Positions 18,031 through 39,249 of a DNA stretch of 64,000 nucleotides are shown here, one piece after another. Both the position numbers and the translations under genes were made by a program. Numbering within the stretch: the stretch's first letter is position 1; the number at the start of each line of letters is the position of its first letter. The DNA is taken from the NCBI RefSeq assembly GCF_009914755.1, contig NC_060933.1. The stretch is one strand, 5' to 3'. Origin of the DNA: the human T2T-CHM13v2.0 reference genome, Homo sapiens. The notes below the pieces were generated by a model. It was given only the letters and a program-made list of their open reading frames with translations, had not been told where the DNA came from and ran no database searches.

Positions 18031-19667
18031 CACAGCACTGACTGGATTACACATTCATCAGACACTTCTGAGTAGCCTAGAACTTGCAATGTAAATAGAC
18101 CTAGAAGGAGAGAATGCCCTGACCAGCAGGTGGGAGTAGGCCAGGTTCGTTGGAGTTACATTTATCACTATAAATTAGTAAATTAGCATTCTGATTTATG
18201 CTTCAGTCTCTTTTTAGTTTAGTTACAGTGGATCCATCCCAAAGAAACCACTTGGTTCAGAGAACCTTGACAAAATGGAGCCTGCCTATAAAGCTGAAAG
18301 CTGGCTCCTGGTTCTGATTCCCCTCGTTAGTCTCCACCCTCCTGACCAGCTGCAGAGGCAGGGAGGGCAATCCTAAACACCAGACTACTGGCATGACCAC
18401 AACCTGACCTCCTACCAGAGGAGAACAAGCACCCCCATTTCTCATCTAAGCCGCCTTCCTCTCCTGTGCTTTAGTTTTTTCCCTGTTAGCTAAAAGTGGT
18501 GTTCATTAAAACCTATTTGTTGAATAAAACACTGTAGGGGATATAAAAGTATGTAGAAGTGAATTCTGATAACTTAAAAGTTACATGCTTTCAGCATAGT
18601 GGGAAATAATAGGTATCTATACAATAATACGGTATCTGAGAGTATGTGGTATATAATCTCCTTATAAATATTATATAAAGTTGCTATATAAATCTCCTGT
18701 AAAGGGGAGATTATTTTTGGCTGAAGTGATCTGGGAAAGCTTCATGTAGAAGATGGCATTCAAGCTGGTGCTTGAAGCTGAGAGAGGATTTTAATATGTG
18801 GAGTTGGAAGAGGGAGTGATCCAAAATGCAGGAATCAACATGCATAAACTGCTGGTGTCTCTGTGTAATGATAACATGCAGAAATAACAGAAGGATTCCT
18901 GAAATATTTATTTTACTCTGAGTGCATTTTATTTTGTATATATTTGATCTTAATTAACTGAGTTTTAGATTTTATTTTGTCTTCGTGTGGAAACTGGGGT
19001 TGTGGATATCTCCTCATGGGAATGTTTTTCTGTGTCACGTGGACATGAACTGTGGAGATGGGTCTTCAGAACCTGACCATATGTGTTTCTAGGTATAAAC
19101 GTCTGTGTGGGTGCATTTCTCTACACAGATTTTTTGGTCTTTGTGGGTGTGTGCACATGCAGTCCTGAGGGTTGAGAAGGAAAGACAGGAAGGATTAGAG
19201 GGGAGAAACAGGGAGGGGGGAAAGGAAGTGAGAAGTTGTTGAGGGTGTTGGGGCTGTTAGTGGAAAAAAATAGACTCTGAAAATATTTTAAAGAGGTTTA
19301 TTCTGAGCCAATATGAGTGACCATGGCCTGGGTAACATAGTCTCAAGAGGTCCTGAGAAAGTGTGCCTGCCTCAGTTGGATTACAATTTGGTTTTATACA
19401 TTTTAGGGAGGCAGAAGTTACAGGCAAGGTCATAAATCAGTACATGAAGGGTATACATTGGTTCAGCCCAGAAAGGCAGGATGTCTTGAAGCAGATCTTA
19501 CACGTTATACATGGATTGAGAGATTCTTTAATTTACAAGTGGTTAAAGGTGTAAAGTTTTGTCTAAAAATTTGGAGTCAGCAGAAAGGAATCTTAAGTTT
19601 CATTGTGCTTTGACATGGTGCTTCCTTCCTGATGCTTTGACATGGTGAGGCCTTAAAAGCTGCCTCA

Positions 19668-19844
<177 letters not shown>

Positions 19845-20019
19845 TCAAAGTGCAGGGAGGGACTCTCTTGGAATTTCCTTATCTAAACAAGTAACTTTGT
19901 TTCCAAAAGAAATGCAATGCAGTTGTCTGAAATCCCCTCCATAGGGATTCAAATAACCAGGAAAGATCAACCACTGGAGAAGAGAAGAAATTGGGTGTCA
20001 TCACCACACCCAGACACAC

Positions 20020-20250
20020 TATTTTTAAAGAGAAGACTCTTGCTCTGTTGTCCAGGCTAGAGTGCAGTGGTGTGATTATAGCTCACTGTAGGTGAGCACC
20101 ACCCCACCCCTCTAATTTTTATTTTATTTTCATAGAGACAGGTTGTCTACTATATTGCCCAGGCTGGTCCCAAACTCCTGGCCTCAAGGGATCCTCCCTC
20201 CTTGGCCTCCCAAAGGGCTAGGACTACAGTTGTGAGCCACTTTGCTGATC
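20020..20250 (-). mobile_element. degraded AluJ with internal deletion
   Basis: Antisense Alu arms. Confidence 0.75.
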
Positions 20251-20770
20251 CAGATTTTTCATCTGTTCTGCTGATGGTAGCCCCAAGAGATCACCCAGGG
20301 AACTTTATCTGTGTAGGACAACCTTTGTTCCCGTGTAGCTCTACCTCTCACTTTCCCTTAACGTAGGCCTCCCAACTCCTGGGTCCATTCATTCTCCCTA
20401 ATGACTTACTGCCCCTCAAAGGAATTGTTGACATTCCTTATTTCCTACTGTCCATGAAAAAGGATATGTAAATTTCTGTACCACACTGGGTTATTCAGTA
20501 ATAATTACTCTATTAATCATCCCCTCCCTCATGCACATTAATAAACTTGTATGCCTTTTCACCTATTAATCTGCTTTTTGTCGGTTGATTTTCATAGACC
20601 CTTCTAAAGGTGAAGGGACATTTCCCCTTTGCCACCTAGAAGGGGAACCTCTGCTCTGAAGACGAAGTGTGGTTTCATATAGTTAGTATTTTACATAATT
20701 GATAATTGATTGTCCCGTAGATCACAGATACTCCTTTCCTGTAATACAGCATTTATCGGTAAAAGGCTAG

Positions 20771-21265
<495 letters not shown>

Positions 21266-21598
21266 TCTTCACAGTAGTTTTCACCTGCTGTAAGTTTTCT
21301 CTTCTAGCTTATGGAACTAATACCATACCCCAGAAACAAATGTTTTGTAATTGAGGAAGGGGCACTTCTTGTTGTAAGGATATTTTAGGCTCCATTTAAG
21401 GCTTTTGTCTTCACTGCCACTGCCATAGACAATTCATTGATCCCTCAAATTTAAATTGGGTACATTTGTTTATGTGAAAGGCATTGTTATAGTCAAGACA
21501 GAAACAGAAAAAAAAATCCCTCTGGGAGCTTTCATTCTAGTGGAAGGAGAGAGAAAGCAAACAAATAGGAAAATATGTAGTATGTTAGATGGTGATAA

Positions 21599-22388
<790 letters not shown>

Positions 22389-22686
22389 CTTCCCTTATCT
22401 TATCTTTGTGTCTTTGGGGACTAATTTGTTTAGTTTTGTCTGCCCAACTTGGGAGGTTTAGCTAGCCTGTCATCAGTGGCAGCCTGGCCTTTGGCCAAGC
22501 TCTGGACAAGCACCATCCTATGGACCATTGACATTTCACGTGTTCTGCCTCATCCCAAACTGAGCCTCATCTAGGCCAAATGCTCAATTCCTGTATGGTT
22601 TCTCACTATCACATTATCTTGTATGCTTCTCTGTCTGTCACAATTTTACCAGGGACCGTTTGCAATTGCAGCAAACACTTAAGTGA

Positions 22687-23051
<365 letters not shown>

Positions 23052-23923
23052 GAAGAAATCCTTTTAAGGAGGTTTTTCATCTTGCCTGATTAAGATGGAG
23101 TGATTGTTTTGTTTCATGTAGAAGACACCCCTCCTTCATTTCTGTACTTCAGGAGTTAATAAATGCTGGCTTTTAAATTGTATCACTTATAAAATTGTGG
23201 AAGGTCAGAGCTACTGTTTCAACCAGCCATAATAACTCTCTGTTGTATGTCTATATGTGAAAATGGGTTTTCCTGCATCTAAGCTTTCTCTCCTCTCCTT
23301 GAAGAAGGAATATAATTAGTCTTCTACAGTATTCATATTTGTCTGAAGCCAGTTTTGCCTCTTTTTTTTTGGCTCACCACTATGCTAATGAGGATCTCCT
23401 CTCTTTTGTTCTGTTCCTTTCCCTCCTTTTTTCCCCTCTCTTGGAAAACATTAAAAATTAACTTAGAAATAGAAGTCACTCTGTTATTACGTGCATACTC
23501 TAGGAATAACTAGTCCAGATAAGCAGCCAAAAATGTCTAAAAGATCTTGAAAATTTCTAAGAGAGTAGATTTTAAGTGTTCTCGCTACATACATACAAAA
23601 TAAGTATGTGAGGTAGTACAAATGTTAATTAGCTCAAATTAGCCATTTCATAATGTATATTTCAAAACAACATACATGATAAACATATATAATTTGTATT
23701 TGTCAATTAAAATATGTAAGTAAATGTTTTTAAAGTCTAAAATCTTTATTAAACTGTTAGGGTTTCTTTTTGTGAACACTTAAAAGTGTATTTACATAGT
23801 AGTCTATGTTACTAAGTTATGAGATAAAAAGAAATAGATTTAAAGACTAAGGGGTTTTGTCATGATTCAGAGTCTCTAACTTTTAGTTTACCCTATAGAA
23901 AATAATGGCATATTTATCTTTAG

Positions 23924-24264
<341 letters not shown>

Positions 24265-24360
24265 TAACTATTCTTGGTTTTGCCTATCTAAAAGTCAGTC
24301 AGACTTTTTTTAAAAAAAAACTATAAAGTTGTCTTTTATGAATAAACTATATTTATAGGG

Positions 24361-24676
24361 TTTTCTTTTCTTTTCTTTTTCTTTTTCTTTTTCTTTTGAG
24401 ACAGAGTCTCTCTCTGTCACCCAGGCTAGAGTGCAGTGGCATGATCTTGGCTCACTGCAACCTCCACCTCCTGGGTTCAAGCAATTCTCTGCCTCAGCCT
24501 CCCAAGTAGCTGGGATTACAGGTGCCCGCCACCACGCCTGGATAATTTTTTGTATTTTTAGTAGAGGCAGGGTTTCACCATCTTGGCCGGCCGGTCTTGA
24601 ACTCCTGATGTCGTGATCCACCCGCCTCAGCCTCCCAAAGTGCCGGGATTACAGGCGTGAGCCACCGCGCCCGGCC
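24361..24676 (-). mobile_element. AluS
   Basis: Antisense Alu. Confidence 0.93.
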
Positions 24677-24859
24677 TATGGGGTTTTCTAAAATGGCCAT
24701 TAGGTACCATGGAGATTTGCTCCTTCAACCCATAAAAGGAAGGACAATAGGAATAGTTAGTTTTGTCTAGAAATTTTCCAAATTTCAGTTAATTCAAGCC
24801 TGCTATGTGAACTCTTTTATCAAATTTAAGATTTAAAAAAAAAAAACTGTCCAGCCCAT

Positions 24860-26510
24860 GTCTAGCCAAGTTGCAGCCTATCTCCCCCACTGATTGTAAC
24901 AAAAATTCTGGAAAAATACAAGAAACAACTATCTAAGAACTCTGAGAAGTAGAAGTAGCAGTTGGCTGTGAAGGAAAGTCAAAGCCTGAAGAACAATCCA
25001 AATGGAGGCAGTGAGTTTCCTGGGTTGTTTTCTTCCTTTACCTACCAATTTCGATCCAAAGGCAACCTGAGTTGGGGAACTATATAGCAGGAACAGATAG
25101 CAAAAACTGAGAAAATCCCATTTTTCATGGCCATAGGTCTGGAAAAGATGGACCAAGCAAGCTAGAGAGTGTAGAGAGAATCCTTGGTTTTATTTTTCTC
25201 TTTTCATCCTTTCCAAACCATGCCCAAGACCAGCCCTGGTCATACGGCTGAGCTGTCATGTAGGCAGTGGTACAGAAACCCAGAACCCTGAGAGAAAACC
25301 TGTTCCTCTGGAAGGAGGAACTGGGGGAAAAAATGCCTCTGAAGTAGGAAGAGTGTGTGTGGGTGGATGGAAGAGTTCCTGTTACTTTTCTCTCTCTCTT
25401 TTCTCTAACTACCTTGTCCTGAGTGTAGACCCAATCACACAGAACTGTATGATTATGGTGGCCACAACTCTAGGAGAAACTCCAACTCTCTACGAAAGGA
25501 CTGGTAAAAAGGGGCTCCTGAGAAACAAAGAATGTATTGAAAATCCGGCAGAGGAGAGAGGGGGATAAGGGATCCCCAACTTCCATGTGCATTGTCACAA
25601 GTCCATACTCACCACTAAGCTGTGTATGTTCAGAACACATGAAAAAAAACACATAGCAAAAGCTTTGAGAGCCGAACTGCCATATAGCCCATCACCTATG
25701 TCCCAGACTAACCTCTAAGTAGTGCATGCAAAGAGCAGACCCAAACAGCATAGCAAATACTTTGAAAACTGAAGTCTTTGGAACTACTGCCCACAGAAAG
25801 TGACAGAACTTTCCATCCAAACCTAACAGGGTTAACTTCCTGCTAAAATAACAACAACCAACATTCTGCAGAGGACTTAAATAGGCCCGGAGTCTCACAA
25901 TTTAGTACACAAAATGTCTAAGATTCAACCTATTAAGAATTAAGAAAATGTAACCAATTCTTAAGGGAAAAATAATCAATAGATGTCAACCCCAAGATGT
26001 TGACATTATTAGACAAATACCTTAAAGTGGCTATTATGTGCATCTTCCAGAAGGTAAAAGTAAACACTATTGAAATAAATAGAAATATAGAAGCTCTAAG
26101 CAAAGAAATATAAATTATAAAAAGGAACCTATTGGAAATTTAAAACTGAGAAATACAGTATCTGAAATAAAATATTTACTGGACACAGTTGAGAGCAGAA
26201 TGGAAATGACTGACCAATCCACGAACTTGAATTTGGACCAATAGAAATTTTCAATCTGAAAAACAGAGAAAAAAAAATTGGAAAAAAAAAGATGAGTACA
26301 ATCATGAGGACTTTGGGGACAATATCAAAAAGATAAAATTCACGTCAGTGGAATTCCAGGAGAGGAGAAAAAGATTGGTGTAGAAAATATATGCGATGAT
26401 ATAATAGCTGAGAATTACCCAAATTTAGTAAAGTTATAAATTTACAGATATGAAATCTCAGTGACCCCCCAAACAGGAATGAATTCAAGAAAACCATGCC
26501 CTAACATAGG
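24860..26510 (+). mobile_element. ancient L1M 5' region / ORF1 remnant
   Basis: A-rich ORF1-like decayed sequence (ggaattccaggagaggagaaaaaga, ataatagctgagaattacccaaattt). Confidence 0.65.
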
Positions 26511-27889
26511 AGGAAATTGCTTGATTTCATTTTCCCATCCTGGAAAATTCAACTTAACTCTATTGATAGAATACGTTTCACAGAATTCATTATTAAAGAA
26601 CTCTGCAAAATCTTTATCTTTTGCTTAGAAATGCTATCATTTTATTATCCATAAACTTCAGAAAATGTAAAGAGAACTGATTAAGGAATTCTAAAATTAA
26701 ACCTAGCAAAGTTTAGTTTTCAAAAACCCTTTAATTTCTATGGCCTAAAGCAGGGTTCAGCAAACCCTGACACAGCTAGAGAGTAAATAATTTAGGTTTT
26801 GTGGATTTTGCGGTAGAAAAGACTCCTCCAATCTCCTGCCTCTATAGATGGTATAGGTCTGGCTCTCGTACTCTCAGGGCACAGTAGGTAAAGAGAGCAA
26901 GGAGCATTCAGCTTTCACTACGGTACACTCACTCTTAGCTGTGCCTGGTCCAGGTGAGTCCAGGGTCTCTCTGCATTAATTTTTCTGGAGCATAAACCTT
27001 TAGGCTTTGTCCTTTTGTGGGAGAAGGAGTGTTAAAAGTTTGTGAGGAGCAGAAGAGGAGATTTAGGTATCTATTCTTATACTTTCAACCCCACTTTCAG
27101 AGGTAGCTGCCACCAAATCCTGAGCCTTTAGAGTTATTTGGCTTTATTCTTGTATAGTCACTTCACAGATATTTAGCCTTGTCCTTTCTCAGGTCTCCTA
27201 AATCAATTACTACTAGTCTATCTGTTTTTCAGCTTGCAAAATTTTGTTGACAATTTTTATTTACTGTCATCTCCCTCTTCCTCCATCTGCTTTCCCATTT
27301 TCTTTAATATCATGGGTTTTTTCCTTCTTAAAAAAATATTTTATGTCATTATAGCAGGGTAAATTAATGTGTTTAAATTTACCTGGAAATGTAAGTCTCA
27401 ACAGGATATAGGTAGATATAGCATTTATTAAAAGTTAAGTTTGCTGGAAAACAGTAAGTTCCTTCAATATATAATCTAAGCTCTTTTTTTCCACTCAGGA
27501 ACGTTTTATTCTCTTGTACCTTGCATTATTACTTCTTTTTTTGTTGGTTTTCCTCCCCATTCCTACAATAAAAGTCTTTTATTCCTACATTTGATTTTCG
27601 TCCTTTGGTCTCTATATCTATCGTCTTCTCTTATAATGTCTACTTTGGAGTTTTAGTTTTGTTTTTGTTTTTACAGTCTGGAAGTACTTCTCAATTGTAT
27701 CCTTATACAACAGAAATCTCATTTTTCCATGAATCTCATGTCGGTTCTGCTTCTTACACAACTTTTGTTTCATTGAAATCTATTCTTTCTCAGCTAACAT
27801 TCCTTTCATCTCTATTTACATCACATTTGGGTTACTAGTCTTTTCCAATCATCTAAATGCCTTCCTGTGATCACTTGCTTTTCTTTTTC

Positions 27890-28381
<492 letters not shown>

Positions 28382-28922
28382 TAAGCAGATATCATAGTTC
28401 CTAACATGTGCGTCTGCTTTTCCTAGTCAAAGCATTTTCAGCAGCATGTCTTTCCAAGTCTTCAGGGATGATAGTTCTATTTTCTTTACAATGCATATTG
28501 TCACTAGTCCATGTTGGCAGGTTGGCCTTTTTTTTTTTTCATCCTTGAATGAAAATTGAAGTAGGTAGTCCTCATTTCATATTTTGAACAAGAAACATTA
28601 ACACCAAAACAGTAGGCAGAACCAAAACCTGCACAGAAGTATCAAAGCTAGAAATGCCAAGAGGGAAATTTTAAGGGTTCACAAAGTAAAGAAGATCAGA
28701 GGCAGGTATCACCTGTTTCCATTGCAAGCAGAGAACAGGTAAGTCCAGACATGGAACATGTGGACATTTCTTTTGTGGATCAGAAGGTAAGGATCGTCTG
28801 GGATATAATGACTAGGAACCATGGAGGTGGAAAGATTCTTTGACAAACAGAATTGTGGTGATTTGTGCAGAAAGGAGCTTAAGATTTGATGATTGGATTT
28901 GTCCTCTTAGGGGTGGTATCCT

Positions 28923-29298
28923 TGTTATGGTTTGGCTCTGTGTCCCGACCCAAATCTCACCTTGAATTGTAATAATCCCTACATGTCAAGGGTGGGACCA
29001 GGTGGAGATAACAGAATCATGGAAGCGGTCCCCCTCCCACACCACCCCACCACCAACCCTGGTGCTGTTCTCGTGGTAGTGACTGAGTTCTCACAAAATC
29101 AGGTGGTTTTATAAGGGGCTTCTGCCTTCGTTCGGCACTCATTGTCTCTCCTGCTTCCCTGTGAAGAGGTGCCTTCTGCCATGATTGTAAGTTTCCCAAG
29201 GCCTCCCCAGCCATGTAGAGTGTCAGTCAATTAAACCTCTTTATAAAGTACCCAGTTTGGGATATTTCTTCATAGCAGCACGAGAACGAACTAATACA
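28923..29298 (+). mobile_element. THE1-type MaLR solo LTR
   Basis: tgttatggtttggctctgtgtcc...gaactaataca; TSD ATCCT (28918-28922 / 29299-29303). Confidence 0.92.
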
Positions 29299-29880
29299 AT
29301 CCTCTATCACTATAAATAGTGTTATGACAATGTGTGATAGGAGCAAAATCTATCATGAATATGTAGTGTCTATTTGAGAAACTTCCCCCTCCCCACCACT
29401 TGTGATTCTGGTGGACCTGTCAACTACAGGAGTCTACTCTTTTATCGGGGTAGGAACCCATTGCCCTGGCAACAGTAATTCATCCAAAGGGTGATGATGC
29501 TGAGGTGAAATTTGAATCTAATGTAAATGGAGTTATAGAAAAAATAGCTGACCATGAGTGATACCGCCACCCTCTAAGAAACCCTAGATATAAGGTGAGA
29601 GGAATGTAGTGAAGACAATCATCTTATAAATGAGGAAAGGATGACCTCATGTTAGAGGAAGTGATGCCAGCAAAAACTTAACATTAAAGTACCTCTCAGA
29701 GATATGTCATAACATTGAAAGTACAAAGGATGAAATGTTAGAAGATAATCAAAACTTAGGAGTATGACAATTTGCAAAGGCATAGAAAAGCTGTTCATGC
29801 CATATTACAAGTTATACCATGAGAAGGTAAGTGCTATTCATATTTTTCTTGATAAGTGTGTGGTTTGTTTGTGTGGTAAG

Positions 29881-31743
<1,863 letters not shown>

Positions 31744-34296
31744 TGGTAAGTTTTCTTTAGAAAAACACTTTAAATCTCAATATTTCTAATGTTTTAAATT
31801 GCAGTGTACTAAATAAATATTTGTTACTACTTTTTTCACTTCCCTATTCATTATAACCAACAAGAGATATTTTTTACATTTTCATGAAAAAATTTTGAAA
31901 GGTCACTAAACAATTGTAGTTTTCCCCGTTGATTATTAAGATCACTTTGCATGATTTCAGCATGAACAGTCCTTATGAGTCCCACACTACTGTGAAAAGT
32001 GAGGATTCCTGTGATGGAAATTGAATCAACTTCAGGATCATTTTTGTTGATAAGACCGGTAGTTCTCATGTTATGTTCCCCAAAATCCTGGGTTCCATCA
32101 AAGTGTTTCAGAGTTTTCAAACATTTCACAAACGTTTGATTTTAATTTCATTTAAAAAAATTAGCTTATTTCTTAAATTAATAAATTTTATTCTTTAAAA
32201 TAGTTTTAAGTTTACAGAAAAATTTAGCAGACAGTGCTGAAAGTTCCCATTTTATTATACGTGTTTACTATGATTAGTGAACCAATATTAATACATTTTA
32301 TTGATATGTAATTGTACATATTAAAGCACATGTGATATTTTGATAAAAGCATACAATGTGTAATGACCAAATTAGGATAATTAGAATGTCTATCACCTAA
32401 AACATTTATCATTTCCTTGTATTGGGAACATTTCAAATCTTCTCTTCTAGATATTTTGAAATACACAAAAAATTATTCTTAACTATTGTCACCCTACTGT
32501 GCTATCAAACATTAGAACTTATTTCTTCTATCTAACTCTATGTTTGCACCCATTAGCGAACCTCTGTGCATCTCCCCACCCACCCTTTCCAGCCTCTGAT
32601 AACCATCATTCTACTATCTTCATGAGATCAACTTTTTTTTTAAAATCCATCACCTCAAGCATTTATCATTTCTTTGTGTTCCAAACATTCCAATGATCTC
32701 TTTTAGTTATTTTTTAATGTACAATAAATCATTGTTTACTGTAGTCACCCTGTTGTGCTATCAAATACTAGGTCTTATTCATTCTAATTATATTTTTCTT
32801 GTACCCAGTAATTACACACACACACACACACATCCCAACCCCTGGTAACCATCATTCTACTCTCTATATCTATGAGTTCAATTATTTTAATTTCTAGTTC
32901 TTACAAATGAGTGAGAACATGCAAAGTTTGTCTTTATGTGCCTGACTTATTTCCCTTAACATAATGTCCTCCAGTTCATCCACGCTATTGCAACTGACAG
33001 GATCTTGTTCCTTTTATGGGCAGGTAGTACTCCATTGTGTATATGTGCCAACATTTTCTTTATCCATTCATCTGTTGGTGGACACTTAGTTTGGTTCCAA
33101 ATCTTGGCTATTGTGAATAGTGCTGCAATAAACATGGGAGTGCAGATATCTCTTTGATGATATACTAATTTTCTTTCTTTTGGGCATATACCTAGCAAAG
33201 GGATGGCTGAATCATATGGTAGCTCTATTTTTAGTTTTCTGAGGAACCTCCATACAGTTCTCCATAGTGGCTGTACTAATTTACATTCTCACCAACAGTG
33301 TAGGAGGGTTTCTTTTTCTGCACATACTTGCCAGCATTCATTATTGCCTGTCTTTTAGATAAAAGCCATTTGAACCAGAATGAGATGATACCTCACTGTA
33401 GTTTCAATTTGCATTTTTCTGATGATCAGTGAGTTCACTGTAGATGTATGCATTTGTTTCTGGGTTCTCTGTTCTGTCCCATTGACCTATGTGTCTGTTT
33501 TTATGCCAGTACCATGCTCTTTTTGTTACTATAGTTCTGTGATTCCTGCAGTGTTGTGATTCCTCCAGTTTTGTTCTTTTTGCTCAGATGGCTTTAGTTA
33601 TTCTGGGTCTTTTGTGGTTCCATATGAAATTTAAGATTATTTTTTCTATTTCTTTAAAGAATATCCTCAGTATTTTCATAGGGATTGCATTGAATCTGTA
33701 GATTGCTTTAGGAAATATGGACATTTTATCAATATTGATTTTTCCAATCTATGAATATGGAATATCTTTTTATTTTTTGTGTCCTCTTCAATTTCTTGCA
33801 TCAATGTCAAATAGTTTTCATTATAGAGATTTTTCACTTCTTTGGTTAAGTTTGTTCCTAGATATTTTATTTTATTTGTAATAATGTAAATGGAATTGCT
33901 TCCTTGATTTATTTTTCAGATTGTTTGCTGTTAGCATATAGAAATGCTACTGATTTTTGTATGTTGATTTGTACTCTGCCACTTTACTGAATTTGTTTTT
34001 CAGTTCTAATAGTTTTGTAGTGAAATCTTTAGGTTTTTGCAAATACAAGATTATATCATCTGCAAACAAGAAAAATTTGACTTTTTCCTTTCTTTGGGTG
34101 CCCTTTCTTTCTGTTGTCTGATTGCTCTAGCTAGGAATTTCAGTACTGTGTTGAATAACAGTTAAAGTGAGCTTCCTTGTCTCGTTCCAGAACTTAGAAG
34201 AAAGGCTTTCAGTTTTTCCCTGTTCAATATGATTCTAGCTGTGGGTCTGTCATATATGCCTTTTATTTTGTTGAGGTATGTCTCATCTATACCCAG

Positions 34297-36141
<1,845 letters not shown>

Positions 36142-39100
36142 CTAGACCCAGTTTTTTAAGTTTTGTTTTTGTTTTTTTTTTTTTTTTAATCATGAAGGGA
36201 TGTTGAATTTTATCAAATGCTTTTTCAGCATCAATTGAAATGATCATATGATTTTTGTCCTTCATTCTGTTGATATGATGTATCACATTGATTAATTTGC
36301 ATATGTTGAAACATCCTTGCATCCCTAGGATGAATCCCACTTGATCATGATCTTTTTAACTGTTATTGAATTTAGTGTGCTAGTATTTTGTTAAAGATTT
36401 TTTGCATCAATGTTCATCAGACATATTGGCCTGTAGTTTTCTTTTTCTGATGTATCTTTGTCTGGTTTTGGTATCAGGATAATACTGGCCTTGTATTTTT
36501 TGGAATAGTCTGAGTAGGATTGGTATTAGTCCTTCTTTAAATGTTTGGTAAAATTCAGCAGTGAAGCCATTGGGTCCAGGGCTTTTCTTTGCTGGGAGAC
36601 TTTTATTATGGCTTTGATCTCATTACTTGTTATTGGCCTACTCAGGTTTTGGGTTTCTTCATGATATAATCTAGGTAGGTTGTATGTATGTAGGAATTTA
36701 TCTGCTTCTTCTAGGTTTTTCAATTTATTGGCATAGAGTTGCTTATAGTAGTCTGTAATGATCCTCAGAATTTCTACATTATGAGTTGTAATCTCTTTTT
36801 CCATCTCTGATTTTGTTTAGGTCTTCCCTCTTTTTTCCTGGTTAGTCTAACTAAAGGTTTGTCCATTTTGTTTATCTTTTAAAAAAACAATTTTTCATTT
36901 CATTGATTTTTTATATTGTTTTCATTTTTATTTATTTCTGCTTTGATCTTTATTACTTTTTTCTTCTAATTTTGAGTTTGGTTTGCCCTTTTCTAGGTTT
37001 TTAGATGCATCATTAGTTTGTTTATTTGAAGTTTTTTTTACTTTTTTTGATGTAGGCACTTATTGCTATAAATTTTCCTCTTAGCACTGCTTTTAGATTA
37101 TCCCATAGATTTTGGTATGTTGTTTCCATTATGGTTTGTTTTAAGAAAATTTGCAATTTCATTCTTAATCTCTCCATTGACCCACTAGTCATTCAAGAGC
37201 ATATTGTTTAATTTCCATGTGCTTGTATAGTTTTTTAAATTCCTTTTATTATTTCTAGTTTTATTCCATTTTGGTCATAGAAGATACTTGATATTATTTC
37301 AGTTTTCCTGAAATTTTTAAGACTTCTTTTGTGGCCTAATATATGGGCTGTCCTTGAGAATGTTCCATGTGCTGAGGAGAAGAATGTGTATTCTGCAGCC
37401 ATTGGATGAAATGTTCTGTAAATTTTGATTAGGTCCTTTTGTTTCTTTGTTGATCTTCTGTCTAGATAACCTGTCCAAGTCTGAAAGTGGGGTGTTGAAG
37501 TCTCCAGCTATTATTGTATAAGGGTCTATCTCTCTAGCTGTAATAATATTTGCTTTATATATCTGGGTACTCCAGTGTTGGCTGCATATACATTAATACT
37601 TGTTACATACCCTTGCTGAATTGACCCCTTTTTCAACATATAATATGACCGTTTGTGTTTCTTTTTATGGTTTTTGTCTTGAAATGTATTTTAGCTGATA
37701 TTAGTATAGCTACTCCTGCTCTTTTTTGGTTTCCATTTGCATGGATTATCTTTTTCCATTCCTTTATTTTCAGTCTATTTGTGTCTTTATAGGTGAAGTG
37801 TGTTTCTTGTAGGCAGCAGATAGTTGGGTTTGGTTTTTTATCCATTCAGTCACTCCATGTCTTTTGATTGGAGAGTTTAGTCCATTTACATTCAATGTTG
37901 TTATTGATAAGTAAGGACTGCTGCCATTTTGTTATTTGTTTTCTGGTTGTTTTGTATATCTTTTGTTCCTTACCACCTCTCTTATTGTTTATTTTTGCAG
38001 TTGGGTGGTTTTCTGTAGTGCTAAGCTTTGATTCCTTTCTCTTTCTTCTTTGTATATTGGCTCTACCTGTGAGTTTTATAGTTTCACATGTTTTCTTGAT
38101 AATGGTAATCATCTTTTCAATTCCAGATGTAGGACTCCCTTGAGCATGTCTTGTAAGGCCTAGTGGTAATGAATTCCTTTCATTTTTGCTTGTCTATGAA
38201 AGATTTTATTTCTCCCTCATTTCTGAATAATAGCTTTGCTGGCTATAATATTCTTGACTAGCAGGATTTTTTTATTTCAGTATTTTGAATATATCATCCC
38301 ATTCACTCCTCACTCACCTGGCTTGTAAGGCTTCTGCTGAGAAATCCGCTGTTAGTGGGGCCCCTTATATGTGACTTGACATTTTTTATTGCTGTTTTTA
38401 GAATTATTTGTCTTTGGCTTTTTACAATTTGACTATAATGTTCCTCAGAGAGAACCTGTTTGGGTTGAATCTACTTGCAATTCTTTGAGCTTCCTGGACT
38501 TAAACGTCTATTTCTCTTCCAAGACATGGGAAGTTTTCTGCTATTATTTCATTAAATATATTTTCCTCATCTTTCCCCTTCTCTTCTACTTCAGGAACAC
38601 CCATAATACAAATACTTGTTTGCTTTATAGTGTGCCAAAAATTTAGTAGGCTTTCTTCTTTCTTCTGCTTGGTCTAGTCTATTATTGAAGTTGTGGATTG
38701 TATTTTTAATTTCATTCATTGACTTTTTTAGCTCTAGGATTTCTGTTTGACTCTTTTGTATGATATCTATCTCTTGTTGAAGTTCTTATTCAAATTATCA
38801 ATTGTTTTCCTGATTTCATTGAATTGTCTATCTGTATTTTTCTTGTATCTCAATCCATTTCCTTAAGGTTGTTATTTTGAATTCTTTTTTCTGGAATTTC
38901 ATCTACTTCCTCAAGATTGGGGCCTGTTACTAGAGAATTGTCTTTTTCCTTTAGAGGTGACATGTTTTCTTGCTTTGTCATGATTGTGTGTTCCTATGTT
39001 GATTTATATGCCTTTGGTGGAAAAATCACCTCTTCCAATTTTATGGAGTAGGTTTCATAAGAAAAGACTTGTTTATATGAATGGGACCTGGGGTGTTGGT

Positions 39101-39249
39101 TCATGGGGTGTACTGGCCTTGGTTTTAGGAAGATACAGTAGTGTAATGTAACCTCCATGTAGTTTCTTCAGCCATTATCCACACTAGTGGCATTTGGCCA
39201 TTTCTCAGTGGCCTAGTCTGAAATAATTTGTGGCAATGGTGGTGCAACT

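Noticed and set aside
31851-32129. 92-aa minus-strand ORF as part of the hidden retrocopy
   Set aside because: Outside the TSD and largely antisense to the Tigger 3' end; chance ORF
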